Counted from the first letter of the whole stretch, positions 30,141 to 45,005 are shown. The stretch is 62,195 nt of DNA, filler included, from Myxococcota bacterium (GCA_023150835.1; 3 parts of 3 records of this genome joined end to end with filler, not necessarily neighbours in it), one strand, 5' to 3'. Program-made: numbers and translations. The notes: generated by a model not told the origin, from the letters alone.

Positions 30141-32099
30141 ATGGAACAGCATATCGAAACGCATCGATTTCAAGCGGAAACCCAACAACTCCTGCACTTG
30201 ATGATCCATTCGCTGTACACAAACAAAGAGATCTTTTTACGCGAATTAATCTCGAACGCTTCCGATGCCCTCGATAAACTTCGCTTCGAATACCTGACTC
30301 ATCCCGAACTCAAAAAGGACAACGAGACCCTAGAGATCCGATTGGAAGTGGACAAAGAACGCCGAACCTTGACGATCCACGACAACGGCATCGGGATGAA
30401 TAAACAAGAAGTGATCAAAAACATCGGAACGATCGCTCATTCGGGAACCAAAGAGATGCTGAGCAACCTCAAAGGCTCCGACAATCAAGAACTCAGCAAC
30501 ACGCTGATCGGGCAGTTTGGGGTGGGGTTCTATTCAAGCTTTATGGTGGCAGATCGTGTGACGTTGTTAACACGCCGCGCAGGAGAAGAAGAGGCCACCC
30601 GTTGGGAGTCCACAGGTGACGGAACCTACCAGATCAGCGAGGCGATCCGCCCGACTCATGGGACGAGTGTCACCCTCCACCTCAAAGAGGCCGATCCTGA
30701 AAACAAGCTCGACGATTACGCAGACACTTGGCAACTCAAGCGCATCGTCAAGCGTTATTCGGACTTTGTGAGCTTCCCGATCCGCTGCAAAGAAGAACGC
30801 GATATCCCCAAACGCGACGACGAAGGCAACGAAGTGGACGATGAATACGAAACAACGGTGGAAGAAGTCACCTTCAACTCCATGAAGCCGTTGTGGACGC
30901 GCCGAGAGTCTGAACTCCAAAAAGACGAACTGTCCGAGTTTTACAAGCATATCGCCCACGACTGGCGTCCTGCTTTGACACACCTCTTGCTCAAGGTGGA
31001 AGGCTCGCTCGAATACCAAGCCTTGTTGTTTCTTCCCTCGGAACCACCGCAGGATCTGTACTATTACGGAGCAGAGCGCGGCCTGCAACTGTACGTCCGT
31101 CGCGTCTTGATTATGGAACGCTGCCAAGAGCTTCTTCCAAGCTACCTGCGTTTTGTGCGCGGCGTGGTCGATTCGGCGGATCTCCCGCTCAACGTCTCGC
31201 GTGAACTCCTCCAACAAGACCGCCACATCACGCAGATCCGCAAGTATCTGACACGCAAACTGCTCGACAAACTCAAAGAGATGAAAGAGGCCGAAGACAA
31301 CGCCGAATACCTCAAGTTTTGGAAAGCCTTTGGCCGTGCGATCAAGGAAGGACTCGCCGAAGACTTCGAACACCGCGATCGCATCGCGGATCTACTCTTG
31401 TTCCAATCTTCCGCTGATCCCGAAAAACTGGTCTCTTTGCGCGAATACACCGAGCGCATGAAAGACGGCCAAGAAGCCATCTACTACCTCACAGGCGAAA
31501 GCCGCGAAGTCGTCGAACACTCCCCCCACCTCGAAGCCTTCAAAGCCAAAGGCGTCGAAGTCCTCTATCTGATCGACGCCATCGACGAGATCATGGTGCA
31601 ACACCTCACCGAATACAAAGACAAAAAGCTCCAATCTGTCGGCAAAGGCGAGATCGATCTGGGTACGGACGAAGAAAAAGAAAAGGCTGAAAAAGAGCGT
31701 AAAGAAAAACAAAAAGAAGTCGCCCCGCTGCTCGACAAGATCAAAGACAAACTTTCCAAACACATCAAAGAAGTCCGTCTATCGAGCCGTTTGACCAACT
31801 CCCCCGTCTGTCTGGTCGGCAACGAACACGATCACAGCGCCAACTTTGAGCGCCTGCTCAATCAAAGCCAGTCCAGAAAACTCCCCAAACAAAAACGCAT
31901 CATGGAACTCAATCCCCAGCATCCGATCTTTTTGCAGCTTGAAAAACGTTACCAAGCCAACACAGAAGACCCCTCCGTCGGCGACTATGCCGAGATCTTG
32001 CTTGGCTACGCCCTTCTTGCCGAAGGCTCCGAGCTCCACGATCCCCACCGTTTCAATCAACTCGTCGCTTCGATGATGGAACGCTCCCTCTCCGCCTAA
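30141..32099 (+). CDS. htpG: Molecular chaperone HtpG (Hsp90)
   Basis: FQAET, HSLYTNKEIFLRELISNASDA, DNGIGM, IGQFGVGFYS, DLPLNVSRE; AAGGAG RBS. Confidence 0.97.
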   Translation: MEQHIETHRFQAETQQLLHLMIHSLYTNKEIFLRELISNASDALDKLRFEYLTHPELKKDNETLEIRLEVDKERRTLTIHDNGIGMNKQEVIKNIGTIAHSGTKEMLSNLKGSDNQELSNTLIGQFGVGFYSSFMVADRVTLLTRRAGEEEATRWESTGDGTYQISEAIRPTHGTSVTLHLKEADPENKLDDYADTWQLKRIVKRYSDFVSFPIRCKEERDIPKRDDEGNEVDDEYETTVEEVTFNSMKPLWTRRESELQKDELSEFYKHIAHDWRPALTHLLLKVEGSLEYQALLFLPSEPPQDLYYYGAERGLQLYVRRVLIMERCQELLPSYLRFVRGVVDSADLPLNVSRELLQQDRHITQIRKYLTRKLLDKLKEMKEAEDNAEYLKFWKAFGRAIKEGLAEDFEHRDRIADLLLFQSSADPEKLVSLREYTERMKDGQEAIYYLTGESREVVEHSPHLEAFKAKGVEVLYLIDAIDEIMVQHLTEYKDKKLQSVGKGEIDLGTDEEKEKAEKERKEKQKEVAPLLDKIKDKLSKHIKEVRLSSRLTNSPVCLVGNEHDHSANFERLLNQSQSRKLPKQKRIMELNPQHPIFLQLEKRYQANTEDPSVGDYAEILLGYALLAEGSELHDPHRFNQLVASMMERSLSA

Positions 32100-32164
32100 A
32101 CCCCCCGTGTTTGCGTGCCTTCAAACGGACCCCCAAAACTCCCACGACCGCGATGCGACCGAGC

Positions 32165-32292
32165 AAACCCCCCCGTGTTCGCGATGCTTCAAGCGGAGCC
32201 GCTGTTGGCTTGGAAAACGCCAGTTCACCCCGTCAATACGGGGTCAAGGGGACGGCGTTCCCTTGTGGGGCGTGGGGCAAAGCCCCACAAAA
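32165..32292 (-). repeat. Dispersed repeat family B
   Basis: CCCCGTGTTCGCG...TTCAAGCG...ATACGGGGTCAAGGGG...CCTTGTGGGGCGTGGGGCAAAGCCCCAC between convergent htpG and gyrB. Confidence 0.82.
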
Positions 32293-32330
32293 CACACCCA
32301 ACAGCATCCACCCTCGCCTGTCCACCTAAA

Positions 32331-36638
<4,308 letters not shown>

Positions 36639-36731
36639 TCAGGCTTCCTATGTGGTTTAAAGAGGCCGACGCTGTCGTTCGTTTTGGTCAAGTGAATCAA
36701 GCAACGAATCGGTCGGCGCAAAGGTCGCGGG

Positions 36732-36760
36732 AGTATAACACTCCGCCCCCATTTGTTCAA
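36732..36760 (-). promoter_or_regulatory. Putative sigma70 promoter of gyrB
   Basis: Minus strand TTGAAC-N17-TATACT with extended -10 TG, about 100 bp upstream of ATG 36635. Confidence 0.6.
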
Positions 36761-36975
36761 TCCTTTGATGAAAATAATTAGGTCGTAAAATCAAAGAGTT
36801 ATATGGATAGAGTTGAGGTCGACGAAAGGAGGTTGATCTCGACGTTTTTCACGAGACAGAGTACACCCTCGGTTTGCCAGATCTTGACACGAGCGCGGGC
36901 CACATCGCTCAAGGCACAGCGCGCCGCAGTGCAGAACACATCTTGTTGCGCATCGCCACGAAGGAGGCTTTTTTG

Positions 36976-37626
36976 ATGAATCTACGCAAGCCCAACGGTC
37001 GCCCCTACCGCATCGTTTTGACGGGTGGCCCGGGGGGAGGAAAGACCACCGCAGGAGATATCTTCCGCCGCGAGTACCGAGACGAAGTGGTCTTGGTTCC
37101 CGAAGCCGCAACCATCCTGTTTTCGGGCGGTTTCCCACGACGCAGCCAGCCCGAAGCGGTCCATGCTACCCAACGTGCGATCTTTCACCTCCAACGCAAC
37201 CTTGAGGATCTTTACACTTGCACATCCAGCCAAAGTGTTCTGTTGTGCGATCGTGGAACCCTCGATGGTGCGGCGTATTGGCCCGAAGGCCCGCAGCACT
37301 TTTACGAAACGCTGAACATCGACATATCCCGAGAGATCGAGCGTTATGATGCGGTGATCTTTTTTGAAAGCGCTGCTGTGGGCGGAAGTTCGATCGAAGG
37401 CGGAAACCCTGTACGCACCGAAGATCTCGAAGAAGCTGCGCGACTCGATCGACGATTGCGCGATATCTGGTCGCTGCATCCGTGCTTTGAAGTTATCCCC
37501 CACAGCGCCTCCTTTTTCGACAAGATCAAGGATGCTCTTTATGTGCTGCACGAACTGTTAAAAGAACAGCTTCATATCCCGCCTCGTGTCGTCGCATCCG
37601 TCCTCAGCGACATCCAGCGCCCATAA
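36976..37626 (+). CDS. NadR/Ttd14-type P-loop ATPase (AAA_28-like)
   Basis: RIVLTGGPGGGKTT, VPEAAT, LCDRGTLDG, RYDAV; AAGGAGG RBS before ATG 36976. Confidence 0.8.
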   Translation: MNLRKPNGRPYRIVLTGGPGGGKTTAGDIFRREYRDEVVLVPEAATILFSGGFPRRSQPEAVHATQRAIFHLQRNLEDLYTCTSSQSVLLCDRGTLDGAAYWPEGPQHFYETLNIDISREIERYDAVIFFESAAVGGSSIEGGNPVRTEDLEEAARLDRRLRDIWSLHPCFEVIPHSASFFDKIKDALYVLHELLKEQLHIPPRVVASVLSDIQRP

Positions 37627-37671
37627 CCCTCCCATCCCCTCTCTGCATCTCAGGGGCAAGAGCGACGCAGT

Positions 37672-37803
37672 TGACAAAAACCCCGTGTTCGTGGCGTTTC
37701 AAGCGACAGAGTCGTCTGGTTGAAAAACTTGCGATCTCTTCGCCGATACGGGGTCAAGGGGGCAAAGACCCCTTGTGGGGTTTGGGGCAAAGCCCCATAA
37801 AAA
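37672..37803 (-). repeat. Dispersed repeat family B
   Basis: AAAACCCCGTGTTCG...TTCAAGCGACAGAG...ATACGGGGTCAAGGGGGCAAAGACCCCTTGTGGGGTTTGGGGCAAAGCCCC. Confidence 0.85.
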
Positions 37804-37830
37804 CCATCCAAAAAGCCTGTTCTATTAGGG

Positions 37831-39093
37831 TTAAAAGCGTAAAGACAGACCAGCAAGAAAGAGATTACGCAGATACTGTACCCCACCCGCACTAAAGCGG
37901 TTGGTGTAAAAGCTATAACGCAGATCGAGGTGTAGGGGTCCAGCGATGGGTCGGGAGAGGCGGATGGTTGCGCTGGTCAGGTTGGCGTCGTTGTCGGCTT
38001 GTTGGAGCAGGGTGTTGAGGGTGAGTCCGTTGCGGAAAGAGCGAAACAGCAATTGGGCTTGAAGGACGAGGGTGATCCGCCAAGGGAGTTCGATCGCGCT
38101 GAGAAAATGGACGCGATGGCCTAAGAAGGATTCGCCATAAGACGGAGAATCCAGCAGTTCAAAGTGATAAGAGATCTCGATTAAGACGACATACAAAAAG
38201 CGTAAAGAGAGGCCGATTTGATGAGAAAGATCGGAGCGAGGGATGAGCAGGGGCAGCGGAGAGGCGTCGGAGTCGGGGGGTGGATCGAAGCGAAAAGCGT
38301 AAAAGAAACGGGATAGATCATAGCTGAGTTGTGCGCGAAACATTCGATGAAATTGCTTGCGAACGCTCAGGTGATAGGTGTCGCCGTGATAGGAGAAGCG
38401 CTGACCATCGGAGATCCGAATGGCTTTGCCAAAGGGTGGGTTGTCGTCAAGTCCCTCCAGATGGACGTCTTGGAATCGTTCGAGGTGTCGAAAAGAAAAA
38501 GCGCTATAGCCACCGCGCAAAGTAAACAGCCAATTTTCGGGGGCAAACCACATCGCGACAGCTTGGGCGACCCCAAAGGAGTATTCGCGGCTTTCGTTGA
38601 TGCGACGGCTATCGGCTCCTTGGGCGGAGATGCCGATCAAAAAACGCGGATGTAAGCGGAGATAGTATTGTGTTTCAAGGCGTTGGACGATCGAGCTTTC
38701 ATCGTGGTATTGAAAAAACACCTTCCCACCGATCCCGTAGCGCAGGCTCCAAAGGTGCTTGGCATCGGCATAACGGAGGGTCGCGACTCCCCCCCATTGA
38801 TGGAGTCCATCGGATTGGATCGCAGCGGGCGGGATCTCGGGGGGGATGGATACGACGCCGTCGATCTTGGCCCAACGAAGGGTGGATGAGGTTTGTTGAG
38901 GGTTGAGGACGGTCAATCGGCGCACATTGTCATCATATCCCATCTTGACATGAAGTTGGAGTTTGAGACTCCACCGCCCCCACTGCCAAGCGTGCGCATA
39001 CGAAAAAAAGCCTGTCCCAAACAAGAGGCTCCAGACAAGGACGATTCCTGCGCAGAGGCGGGGAGAGACAAATCGCCGATATCGCGTACACAA
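37831..39093 (-). CDS. Putative outer-membrane beta-barrel protein
   Basis: Signal peptide, GYDDNV N-terminal motif, alternating aromatic strands, C-terminal GLSLRF (BAM-type terminal Phe). Confidence 0.65.
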   Translation of the reverse strand: MCTRYRRFVSPRLCAGIVLVWSLLFGTGFFSYAHAWQWGRWSLKLQLHVKMGYDDNVRRLTVLNPQQTSSTLRWAKIDGVVSIPPEIPPAAIQSDGLHQWGGVATLRYADAKHLWSLRYGIGGKVFFQYHDESSIVQRLETQYYLRLHPRFLIGISAQGADSRRINESREYSFGVAQAVAMWFAPENWLFTLRGGYSAFSFRHLERFQDVHLEGLDDNPPFGKAIRISDGQRFSYHGDTYHLSVRKQFHRMFRAQLSYDLSRFFYAFRFDPPPDSDASPLPLLIPRSDLSHQIGLSLRFLYVVLIEISYHFELLDSPSYGESFLGHRVHFLSAIELPWRITLVLQAQLLFRSFRNGLTLNTLLQQADNDANLTSATIRLSRPIAGPLHLDLRYSFYTNRFSAGGVQYLRNLFLAGLSLRF

Positions 39094-39104
39094 GGGGAAA
39101 CACC

Positions 39105-40370
39105 TCAGCGTTGTTTTTTCGCACGGCGTTGACGTTCTTTGCGTTCCAGTTGTGAGGCTTTTCGCAGAAAGCGGCGCTGTTGTTTGCGCAAGGCTTCCAG
39201 TTGGCGTGTCAGCCGATGTTTGTAGTCTCGCAAAGCTTTGATCTTTTGATCAAGGGGGCCTTGTGGATTCATCGGATCTTGCGCGGTGGTGTCAGCGCGT
39301 TCGCTTGGAAGAAAGCCGACCTGCGGTCGCATCTGTGTTGGGCTTGGGGTGCTGCCTTTGGGCAGGCTGTCGGTGGAAGGTGCAGGGGAGGGCGCTCCAC
39401 TTCCAACGGCGGGTGGGGTGGGATGGCTTTCAAAGCTGTTGCTATCTTTGCTTGGCGCGGTGGTGCCGCGATTTGGATCGGAAGATCCTTGTTGTGCGCC
39501 GCTTTGCGGAGCGGAAGATCCTTGTTGTGCGCCGCCTTGTGGAGCGGAGGGAGACGAGTTGGTTTGGACGCGGGTGGGAGCTTGTTTTTCGCGCCCACCT
39601 GCGACACGGGGGTTGCGATCGTTTTCGTTGAAGAGTTCGTCTTCTTGGGTCATTTCCGAAACACGTTGTGCGAGTTTTTGATCTTGCTGGGTGCGTTGCT
39701 GCTGCTGTTCGAGTGCGTGAAGTTTGGCTTGTAGATGTTTCATCCGACGTGCGATGCGATCTTCGATATCGCGCAGAGTATCGACCTTTTGGCGGATATC
39801 CGAAGGCCCATCCAGCGGATCGATCCGAACGACGGGCGTGTTGATCGCAGGGCGTTGTGGTGTTTCTTGCAACGCGGGATGGATTTTTTTTGCGCGATCG
39901 GACCACACGACGATGCTTTCACGAACGGTTTGGCGTTCGGCATCGGTGCGTGCTTGGTTCCAACGCATCTGCAATGCGTACAGGTTTTTTCGGATGATCG
40001 AGAGCAGTTCGCGGCGCAGCCCTTCTTGTTCGAGGTGATGGCTGTGCCATGCGCGCTCAACGCGCTCAAGCTTTTGGCCCCATACTTGGGCATTTGCGCG
40101 CAAGGTGGGCAAGCGCAAACGAGCGGGCAAACCAAACAGTCCGCCACGTTCGGCATCTCGTTTGAGAGCATCCAATTGGTCCGCCAAGGTTTTGACTTTT
40201 TCTCGAAGAATCGTGCGTTTTTGTTGCAAGGTTTGGCCGCGTTGTTGATGTTGTGACCAACGCGCAGCCGCTTCGCTCCAAGACGGAGCGGCGCTTGTGG
40301 TGAGCGAGGACAGCAAAAACGCCATCCCCACCAGCCACCCTGCGAATTGTTTTTTCCACCAACCCAACAT
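39105..40370 (-). CDS. Exported coiled-coil protein with a disordered linker, function unknown
   Basis: Signal peptide; Q/R/L heptad segments; P/S/G-rich linker; 11 bp upstream of the barrel gene. Confidence 0.65.
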   Translation of the reverse strand: MLGWWKKQFAGWLVGMAFLLSSLTTSAAPSWSEAAARWSQHQQRGQTLQQKRTILREKVKTLADQLDALKRDAERGGLFGLPARLRLPTLRANAQVWGQKLERVERAWHSHHLEQEGLRRELLSIIRKNLYALQMRWNQARTDAERQTVRESIVVWSDRAKKIHPALQETPQRPAINTPVVRIDPLDGPSDIRQKVDTLRDIEDRIARRMKHLQAKLHALEQQQQRTQQDQKLAQRVSEMTQEDELFNENDRNPRVAGGREKQAPTRVQTNSSPSAPQGGAQQGSSAPQSGAQQGSSDPNRGTTAPSKDSNSFESHPTPPAVGSGAPSPAPSTDSLPKGSTPSPTQMRPQVGFLPSERADTTAQDPMNPQGPLDQKIKALRDYKHRLTRQLEALRKQQRRFLRKASQLERKERQRRAKKQR

Positions 40371-40561
40371 CGATATCGCTCCTTACACAAAAGGTCTGTT
40401 TCATTTTGCTCGAACGCAATCCCTATACCACAAGAACAGTTGATCGCAACAAGCCAAAAATAAAAAGAAAAGCAGCTCGCCCTCCTTCCCGCCAACGCAA
40501 ACAAACGAGAAATCTGAGACACACCCTCAGAAATCTGATAGCACAACAGCGCTCGAATGGT

Positions 40562-40615
40562 TTTTGTGGGGTGCCGCCCCAGACCCCGCAAGGGGCCATG
40601 GCCCCCTTGACCCCA
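40562..40615 (+). repeat. Dispersed repeat family B, partial copy
   Basis: GTGGGGTGCCGCCCCAGACCCCGCAAGGGGCCATGGCCCCCTTGACCCC. Confidence 0.7.
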
Positions 40616-40649
40616 TCCATGTTTGATGATCGAGGAAGAGAAGGAAAGA

Positions 40650-41429
40650 ATGTTGTCACGCAAGATATTGATTACATTTGAGTTTGATGGAACAGACTAT
40701 GCGGGTTGGCAGCTACAACCCGCGCAGCGCACAGTACAAGGCGTTTTGGAAGAAGCCTTGCGTGAGGTATTGCAAGATCCCGATCTACGGGTAACAGGGA
40801 GTGGTCGAACAGACGCGGGAGTTCATGCGTTGGGGATGTGTGCTACCTTCACAACGCCGCTACCGATTCCGCTCGAAGGGTTGGTGCGTGGTGTCAACAA
40901 CAAGTTGCCCGACGATCTACAGATCTTGCAAGCACGCGAAGTCCCCTCGGCTTTTTGTGCGCGGCGCTGGTCAAAAGGAAAGTTGTATCGCTATCGCATC
41001 TGGAATCACCTGCGTCCTTCGGCTTTAGAGCGGGATCGTGCGTGGCATATCTTCGATCCGCTCGACGTCGGGCAGATGAGGGAAGGTGCAAAGCATCTTC
41101 TCGGTCGTCACGACTTTTCGGCTTTTCGTGCATCAGGATGTTCATCCACGCACCCGATACGCGAGCTTTACGATATCCGCATCTTTCGAGAGGGTTCGAT
41201 GGTGACGATCGAGGTGTCGGGATCGGCGTTTTTGCGACACATGGTGCGAAATCTTGTGGGGGTGTTGGTTCCTGTTGGAAAAGGGCTGCGTCCACCCGAA
41301 TGGGTACGCGAAGTGTTGCAAAGCGGTCATCGCGGAAAAGGCGGGCTGACCGCCCCCCCCCAAGGGCTTTATCTTGTCGAAGTGTATTACAACTTCGCAC
41401 CCACCGAACAATATCCAACCAGTTTGTGA
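40650..41429 (+). CDS. truA: tRNA pseudouridine(38-40) synthase TruA
   Basis: FDGTDYAGWQ, GSGRTDAGVHA, GRHDFSAF, AFLRHMVR, TAPPQGLYL. Confidence 0.96.
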   Translation: MLSRKILITFEFDGTDYAGWQLQPAQRTVQGVLEEALREVLQDPDLRVTGSGRTDAGVHALGMCATFTTPLPIPLEGLVRGVNNKLPDDLQILQAREVPSAFCARRWSKGKLYRYRIWNHLRPSALERDRAWHIFDPLDVGQMREGAKHLLGRHDFSAFRASGCSSTHPIRELYDIRIFREGSMVTIEVSGSAFLRHMVRNLVGVLVPVGKGLRPPEWVREVLQSGHRGKGGLTAPPQGLYLVEVYYNFAPTEQYPTSL

Positions 41430-41463
41430 GGCCAGAAAAATCTGATCATACCAAGGCGAGAGC

Positions 41464-41949
41464 TCAGAAAGGGATATCGTCATCTGGTTCGAAGGAGGGA
41501 GGGGGGGGGTTCCAATTTTCGTCGCGTTGAGGTTGTTGATTTTTGCTGGGGGCTGGGCGTGTTGAGGGTGTGTTTTGTTGGGCAGGGCGCTCAAAGCTTT
41601 CGGAAGACTCGCCACCACGGGAATCAAGAAAGATCACATCGCGTGCGACGATATCGGTGACGTAGCGGGTGACACCTTCTTTGTCTTCGTAGCTGCGGTT
41701 TTCGATCTTGCCTTCTACATAGACACGACGACCTTTTGCGAGGTAGCGTGCGCAGCTTTCCGCTTGCTTTCCCCACACAACGATGTTGTGCCAGTTTGTT
41801 TTTTCTTGGGTTTGTCCGCTTTGATCGGTCCATTTTTCGCTGGTTGCGATACTGAAGCTGGTGACGGCTCGTCCGTTTGAAGTGGTGCGCTGTTCGGGAT
41901 CTTTCCCGAGGTTTCCGACGAGGATAACCTTGTTTACGCTAGAAGCCAT
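41464..41949 (-). CDS. ssb: Single-stranded DNA-binding protein
   Basis: VNKVILVGNLGKDPE, WHNIVVWG, C-terminal DDDIPF. Confidence 0.97.
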   Translation of the reverse strand: MASSVNKVILVGNLGKDPEQRTTSNGRAVTSFSIATSEKWTDQSGQTQEKTNWHNIVVWGKQAESCARYLAKGRRVYVEGKIENRSYEDKEGVTRYVTDIVARDVIFLDSRGGESSESFERPAQQNTPSTRPAPSKNQQPQRDENWNPPPPSFEPDDDIPF

Positions 41950-42117
41950 GATTCTGTCTCCTTGTTAAGATCCGTACGAAGCAAGGTTTGCTTCGTTTGT
42001 TTGATTTGGATGCAAACCAACCTTTCGTTTCGTGAGAGTAGGGAGGCATTGTGTCACAACACGACACAAAGGACAACGCTTTGATGTCGAGCTGTCCAAA
42101 GCCTCGGCTCGACGGCA

Positions 42118-43974
42118 CTAACGCAGCAAAAAAAGTTGGAAGAAGCGAGGATCAGGTTGATGTTCAAACGAGAGCATCGAGGCCTCTTCGTGCAAGAGAG
42201 CAAAGATCTCTTGAAGAAAGCGCGTTGTGTGGACTTGTTCGCTTTCTGTAAAGGCGGACATCTGGGCGATATCTGCGTGCAAGGTTTGCGTAAAAGACGC
42301 TTGCAGGGGGCGAGGGGGTATAGCCTCTTCGACAAAGATCGCACGCAAACAAGGGAGGACTTCTTCGCGAGCCAACGGTCGGAGCGTGAAGTGCTTGTGT
42401 AAGTGGAGTTGTCCCCATGCCGTCAAGAACAGGAGGGCAAATTGGATCTTGTCGAGAGGCTGGGGTTGAAGCAAGGACGGGGCTTGTTGTTGGAGTTCGG
42501 AGTGCGAAAATCCAAACAGCGAAAAAAACAGGCGAGGCAAAAAGGCGATGTAGTCGAGTGTTTCACTCGCACGCTGGATCTCATCAAGGCTACGAAAAGA
42601 CCGACTGACTTGACTTCCTTGCTCGAAGACACCGAGGAAAAGGCGAGGAGTTTGTGCCCGAAGATCGGACAAAAAGCGTTGAAGAGGCGAAGACAGAAGA
42701 GAAAAGGGCCTTTTTTGATCAAACAGCGTCAGATGCGGTTCACGTGCGAGACTTGAAGCGCGCTTTTTGAGGCGCAAAACCTCGGAAAATCCGACACGAA
42801 ACACCCATTCAAGGTGGTGAGCGCGCAACAGCGTCGCACCACCTTCGAGATCTGCACCACACGTGGCCTCGATACCGATCTCGATCATCTGTTGGACAAA
42901 ACGCATCACGCGTTCCAAAGCCCTCGGATCACCCGCCTCCAACTGTTCGGCAGCGATCATCTTGTTGTTGAGGTACACCATCTCAAACCGCAAACGCGCA
43001 ACCACCGACGGATCCAGCAAACGCATCACTCCCGCGAGACGGCCTCCAAAGGACTGTATCGGCAGCAACACGGGTACTTCGGCTCCTTCGGGCGCTGTGG
43101 AGGCGGGAAAAGGCGGCGTTTGCTTGGGCAATGGCTGAAACAAGGCGATGGCTTCGTAATAATCGACGAATCCGAGATCTTCCATACGGCTTTTGTGAAA
43201 CTGATACGCTTGTTCTTCAAGATCCGAAGGTAGGCTCCAACGGATCGATTCAAACAAGCGATGGCAAAATTCATAGCCGTACATTTCAAAAAGCTTTAGC
43301 GCCGCACGAGCAAGCGGCTGCATCGGATCGTTGTCTTCAAAAGGCAGATCGATGGTATACGTCCCAAAAGGCGTAACGATGCGCTCCCCCTCGTAGTCTT
43401 CGGGTGCGTCTGCTTCGCTGGTGTTATGGACCACAAAGAGCTTTTGAAAATAAAAAACCAACGCCTCGACATCCAAAGCACGCAAGATCTGCTCGGCTGC
43501 ATCGAGGTCATCGGACAAAAAGAATTGTAGCCAAGTCGTTAATTGCTCGGTATCGAGGTGATCTTTGCGCCAGCAGTCGATATCAAGGATGTGTGTGATC
43601 TGCTCCTTGTGAGCGAGAGAAAGGACTTCTGCGCTGTCTGCAAGACCGATCTCTTTGAGATTGTAAAGAAGCTCTTGGGGCGGCATCGAACGAACCAACA
43701 ACATCGGAGCCGGAGCATCCAAGATCTGCTTTAACTTTTGCGAACTCGACAGCCGAAAAATGTCTTCGCGCATAGCACGCAAGGCTTGGTGTTCTTCCGC
43801 AGTAAGCGAAGAATACAGCGTATCCAGTTCGCTTTCTTGTGCCAAAAGCTCGACTTCTCGGGCTTGAAAGTGATCTGCGCTGATCGCCGCTGCATCTTGC
43901 GTCCGTTGGCGCTGCGGCAGTTGGAGTCCTTGCATCCATTCTTTTGCTTTGGATGATTTCCCGTTTGTGTACAT
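42118..43974 (-). CDS. DUF6178-like protein
   Basis: LVRSMPPQEL, IGLADS, LDIDCWRKD, LEEQAYQF...RMEDLGF; start set at MYTNGKS (43974) because the upstream part of the ORF overlaps the next gene. Confidence 0.7.
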   Translation of the reverse strand: MYTNGKSSKAKEWMQGLQLPQRQRTQDAAAISADHFQAREVELLAQESELDTLYSSLTAEEHQALRAMREDIFRLSSSQKLKQILDAPAPMLLVRSMPPQELLYNLKEIGLADSAEVLSLAHKEQITHILDIDCWRKDHLDTEQLTTWLQFFLSDDLDAAEQILRALDVEALVFYFQKLFVVHNTSEADAPEDYEGERIVTPFGTYTIDLPFEDNDPMQPLARAALKLFEMYGYEFCHRLFESIRWSLPSDLEEQAYQFHKSRMEDLGFVDYYEAIALFQPLPKQTPPFPASTAPEGAEVPVLLPIQSFGGRLAGVMRLLDPSVVARLRFEMVYLNNKMIAAEQLEAGDPRALERVMRFVQQMIEIGIEATCGADLEGGATLLRAHHLEWVFRVGFSEVLRLKKRASSLAREPHLTLFDQKRPFSLLSSPLQRFLSDLRAQTPRLFLGVFEQGSQVSRSFRSLDEIQRASETLDYIAFLPRLFFSLFGFSHSELQQQAPSLLQPQPLDKIQFALLFLTAWGQLHLHKHFTLRPLAREEVLPCLRAIFVEEAIPPRPLQASFTQTLHADIAQMSAFTESEQVHTTRFLQEIFALLHEEASMLSFEHQPDPRFFQLFLLR

Positions 43975-44009
43975 CCTGATATCGGTCCTGTCTTGGATTG
44001 AAGGGAGGA

Positions 44010-44999
44010 TCAGCGCAAGGAAGGTTTGCGCTTGGCGACAGACAACGCAAAGGGGCCGCGCAAAGTGAGCGTCACAGAGCGCTTGCGTGGCGAGATCTCC
44101 CAAAAAGCGATGCCTCCGCGCAGATCGATCGCTGAAAAAACAGCCTCGCGTTTTTCTATCGCATACAGCCTTGGGGTAGGTTGTAAAGTCTCCGATGGAT
44201 CGAGCTTTGAGGTGGGTTGTGAAGTCCCCGACAGGCGGGCTTTTGAGATGGGCTGTGAAGTCCCCGATAGGCGGGCTTTTGCGGTGGGCTGTGAAGTCCC
44301 CGACAGACGGGCTTTTGCGGTGGGCTGTGAAGTCCCCGACAGACGGGCTTTTGCGGTGGGCTGTGAAGTCCCCGATGGACGGGCCTTTGAGGCGGAAAAG
44401 GAGTTCTCGGAGGATCGGGTTGTTTGAGAGGGAAGAGGGAGAAAATCGGTCCAAACAAAGTGCTGCCGAATCCAACGACGCGGTGAAGCGGGCAGAAAAA
44501 AGCGAGATTCAACGGTGCGAAGGGTTTTTTCGGGGGTAAGGAATTGAAGTCGGCAAGCGAGATGGATCGATTGGTTGGAGCGGAAGTCGATACGGAATCC
44601 TTGGAGTGTCCGTGTTTTTGGAGAGGGGGTCGATTGCCAAGGAAACCGAGGCAAAAAGGAGGGTATTTCTTTGTGGGGTTCGTCGGGTGGGAGTTGGAAC
44701 AGCGGAGGAAGGGGAGCAGAGAAGAGGTGTTGAGGAGGTGACTTGGGGAGCAAGATCAAGGTCATCCAATCAAAGCGAGGATAGGATCGAGCCAAAAGTT
44801 GCGTTGTATTGGGAGAGATCGACCAGCCTGCGGGGAGATAGCGGTCGGGAGGTGAAGGCTGACAGCCCATCGCAAAGCAAGCAGCCCAAAAGAAAAGAAG
44901 AAAGCGCATCAAAAAAGAGGACTCCGTATGCCGTGAAAAAAGGGAAGTGAACATGGATCGCCAAAGCCGAGAAGTCAACCAGAGAGGAGCCATGAGCAA
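44010..44999 (-). CDS. Hypothetical lipoprotein with internal 12-aa tandem repeats
   Basis: Lipobox-like ACFAMGC; (KARLSGTSQPTA)n; real start probably at a downstream Met. Confidence 0.55.
   Translation of the reverse strand: MLMAPLWLTSRLWRSMFTSLFSRHTESSFLMRFLLFFWAACFAMGCQPSPPDRYLPAGWSISPNTTQLLARSYPRFDWMTLILLPKSPPQHLFSAPLPPLFQLPPDEPHKEIPSFLPRFPWQSTPSPKTRTLQGFRIDFRSNQSIHLACRLQFLTPEKTLRTVESRFFLPASPRRWIRQHFVWTDFLPLPSQTTRSSENSFSASKARPSGTSQPTAKARLSGTSQPTAKARLSGTSQPTAKARLSGTSQPISKARLSGTSQPTSKLDPSETLQPTPRLYAIEKREAVFSAIDLRGGIAFWEISPRKRSVTLTLRGPFALSVAKRKPSLR
44172..44390. repeat. 36-bp in-frame tandem repeat, about 5-6 copies
   Basis: GCGGTGGGCTGTGAAGTCCCCGACAGACGGGCTTTT units. Confidence 0.9.
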
Positions 45000-45005
45000 G
45001 TCATT

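Noticed and set aside
43975-44475. N-terminal 167 aa of the 785-aa ORF
   Set aside because: It overlaps the 44010-44999 gene in another frame and is open mainly because of the 36-bp repeat; the plausible start is 43974
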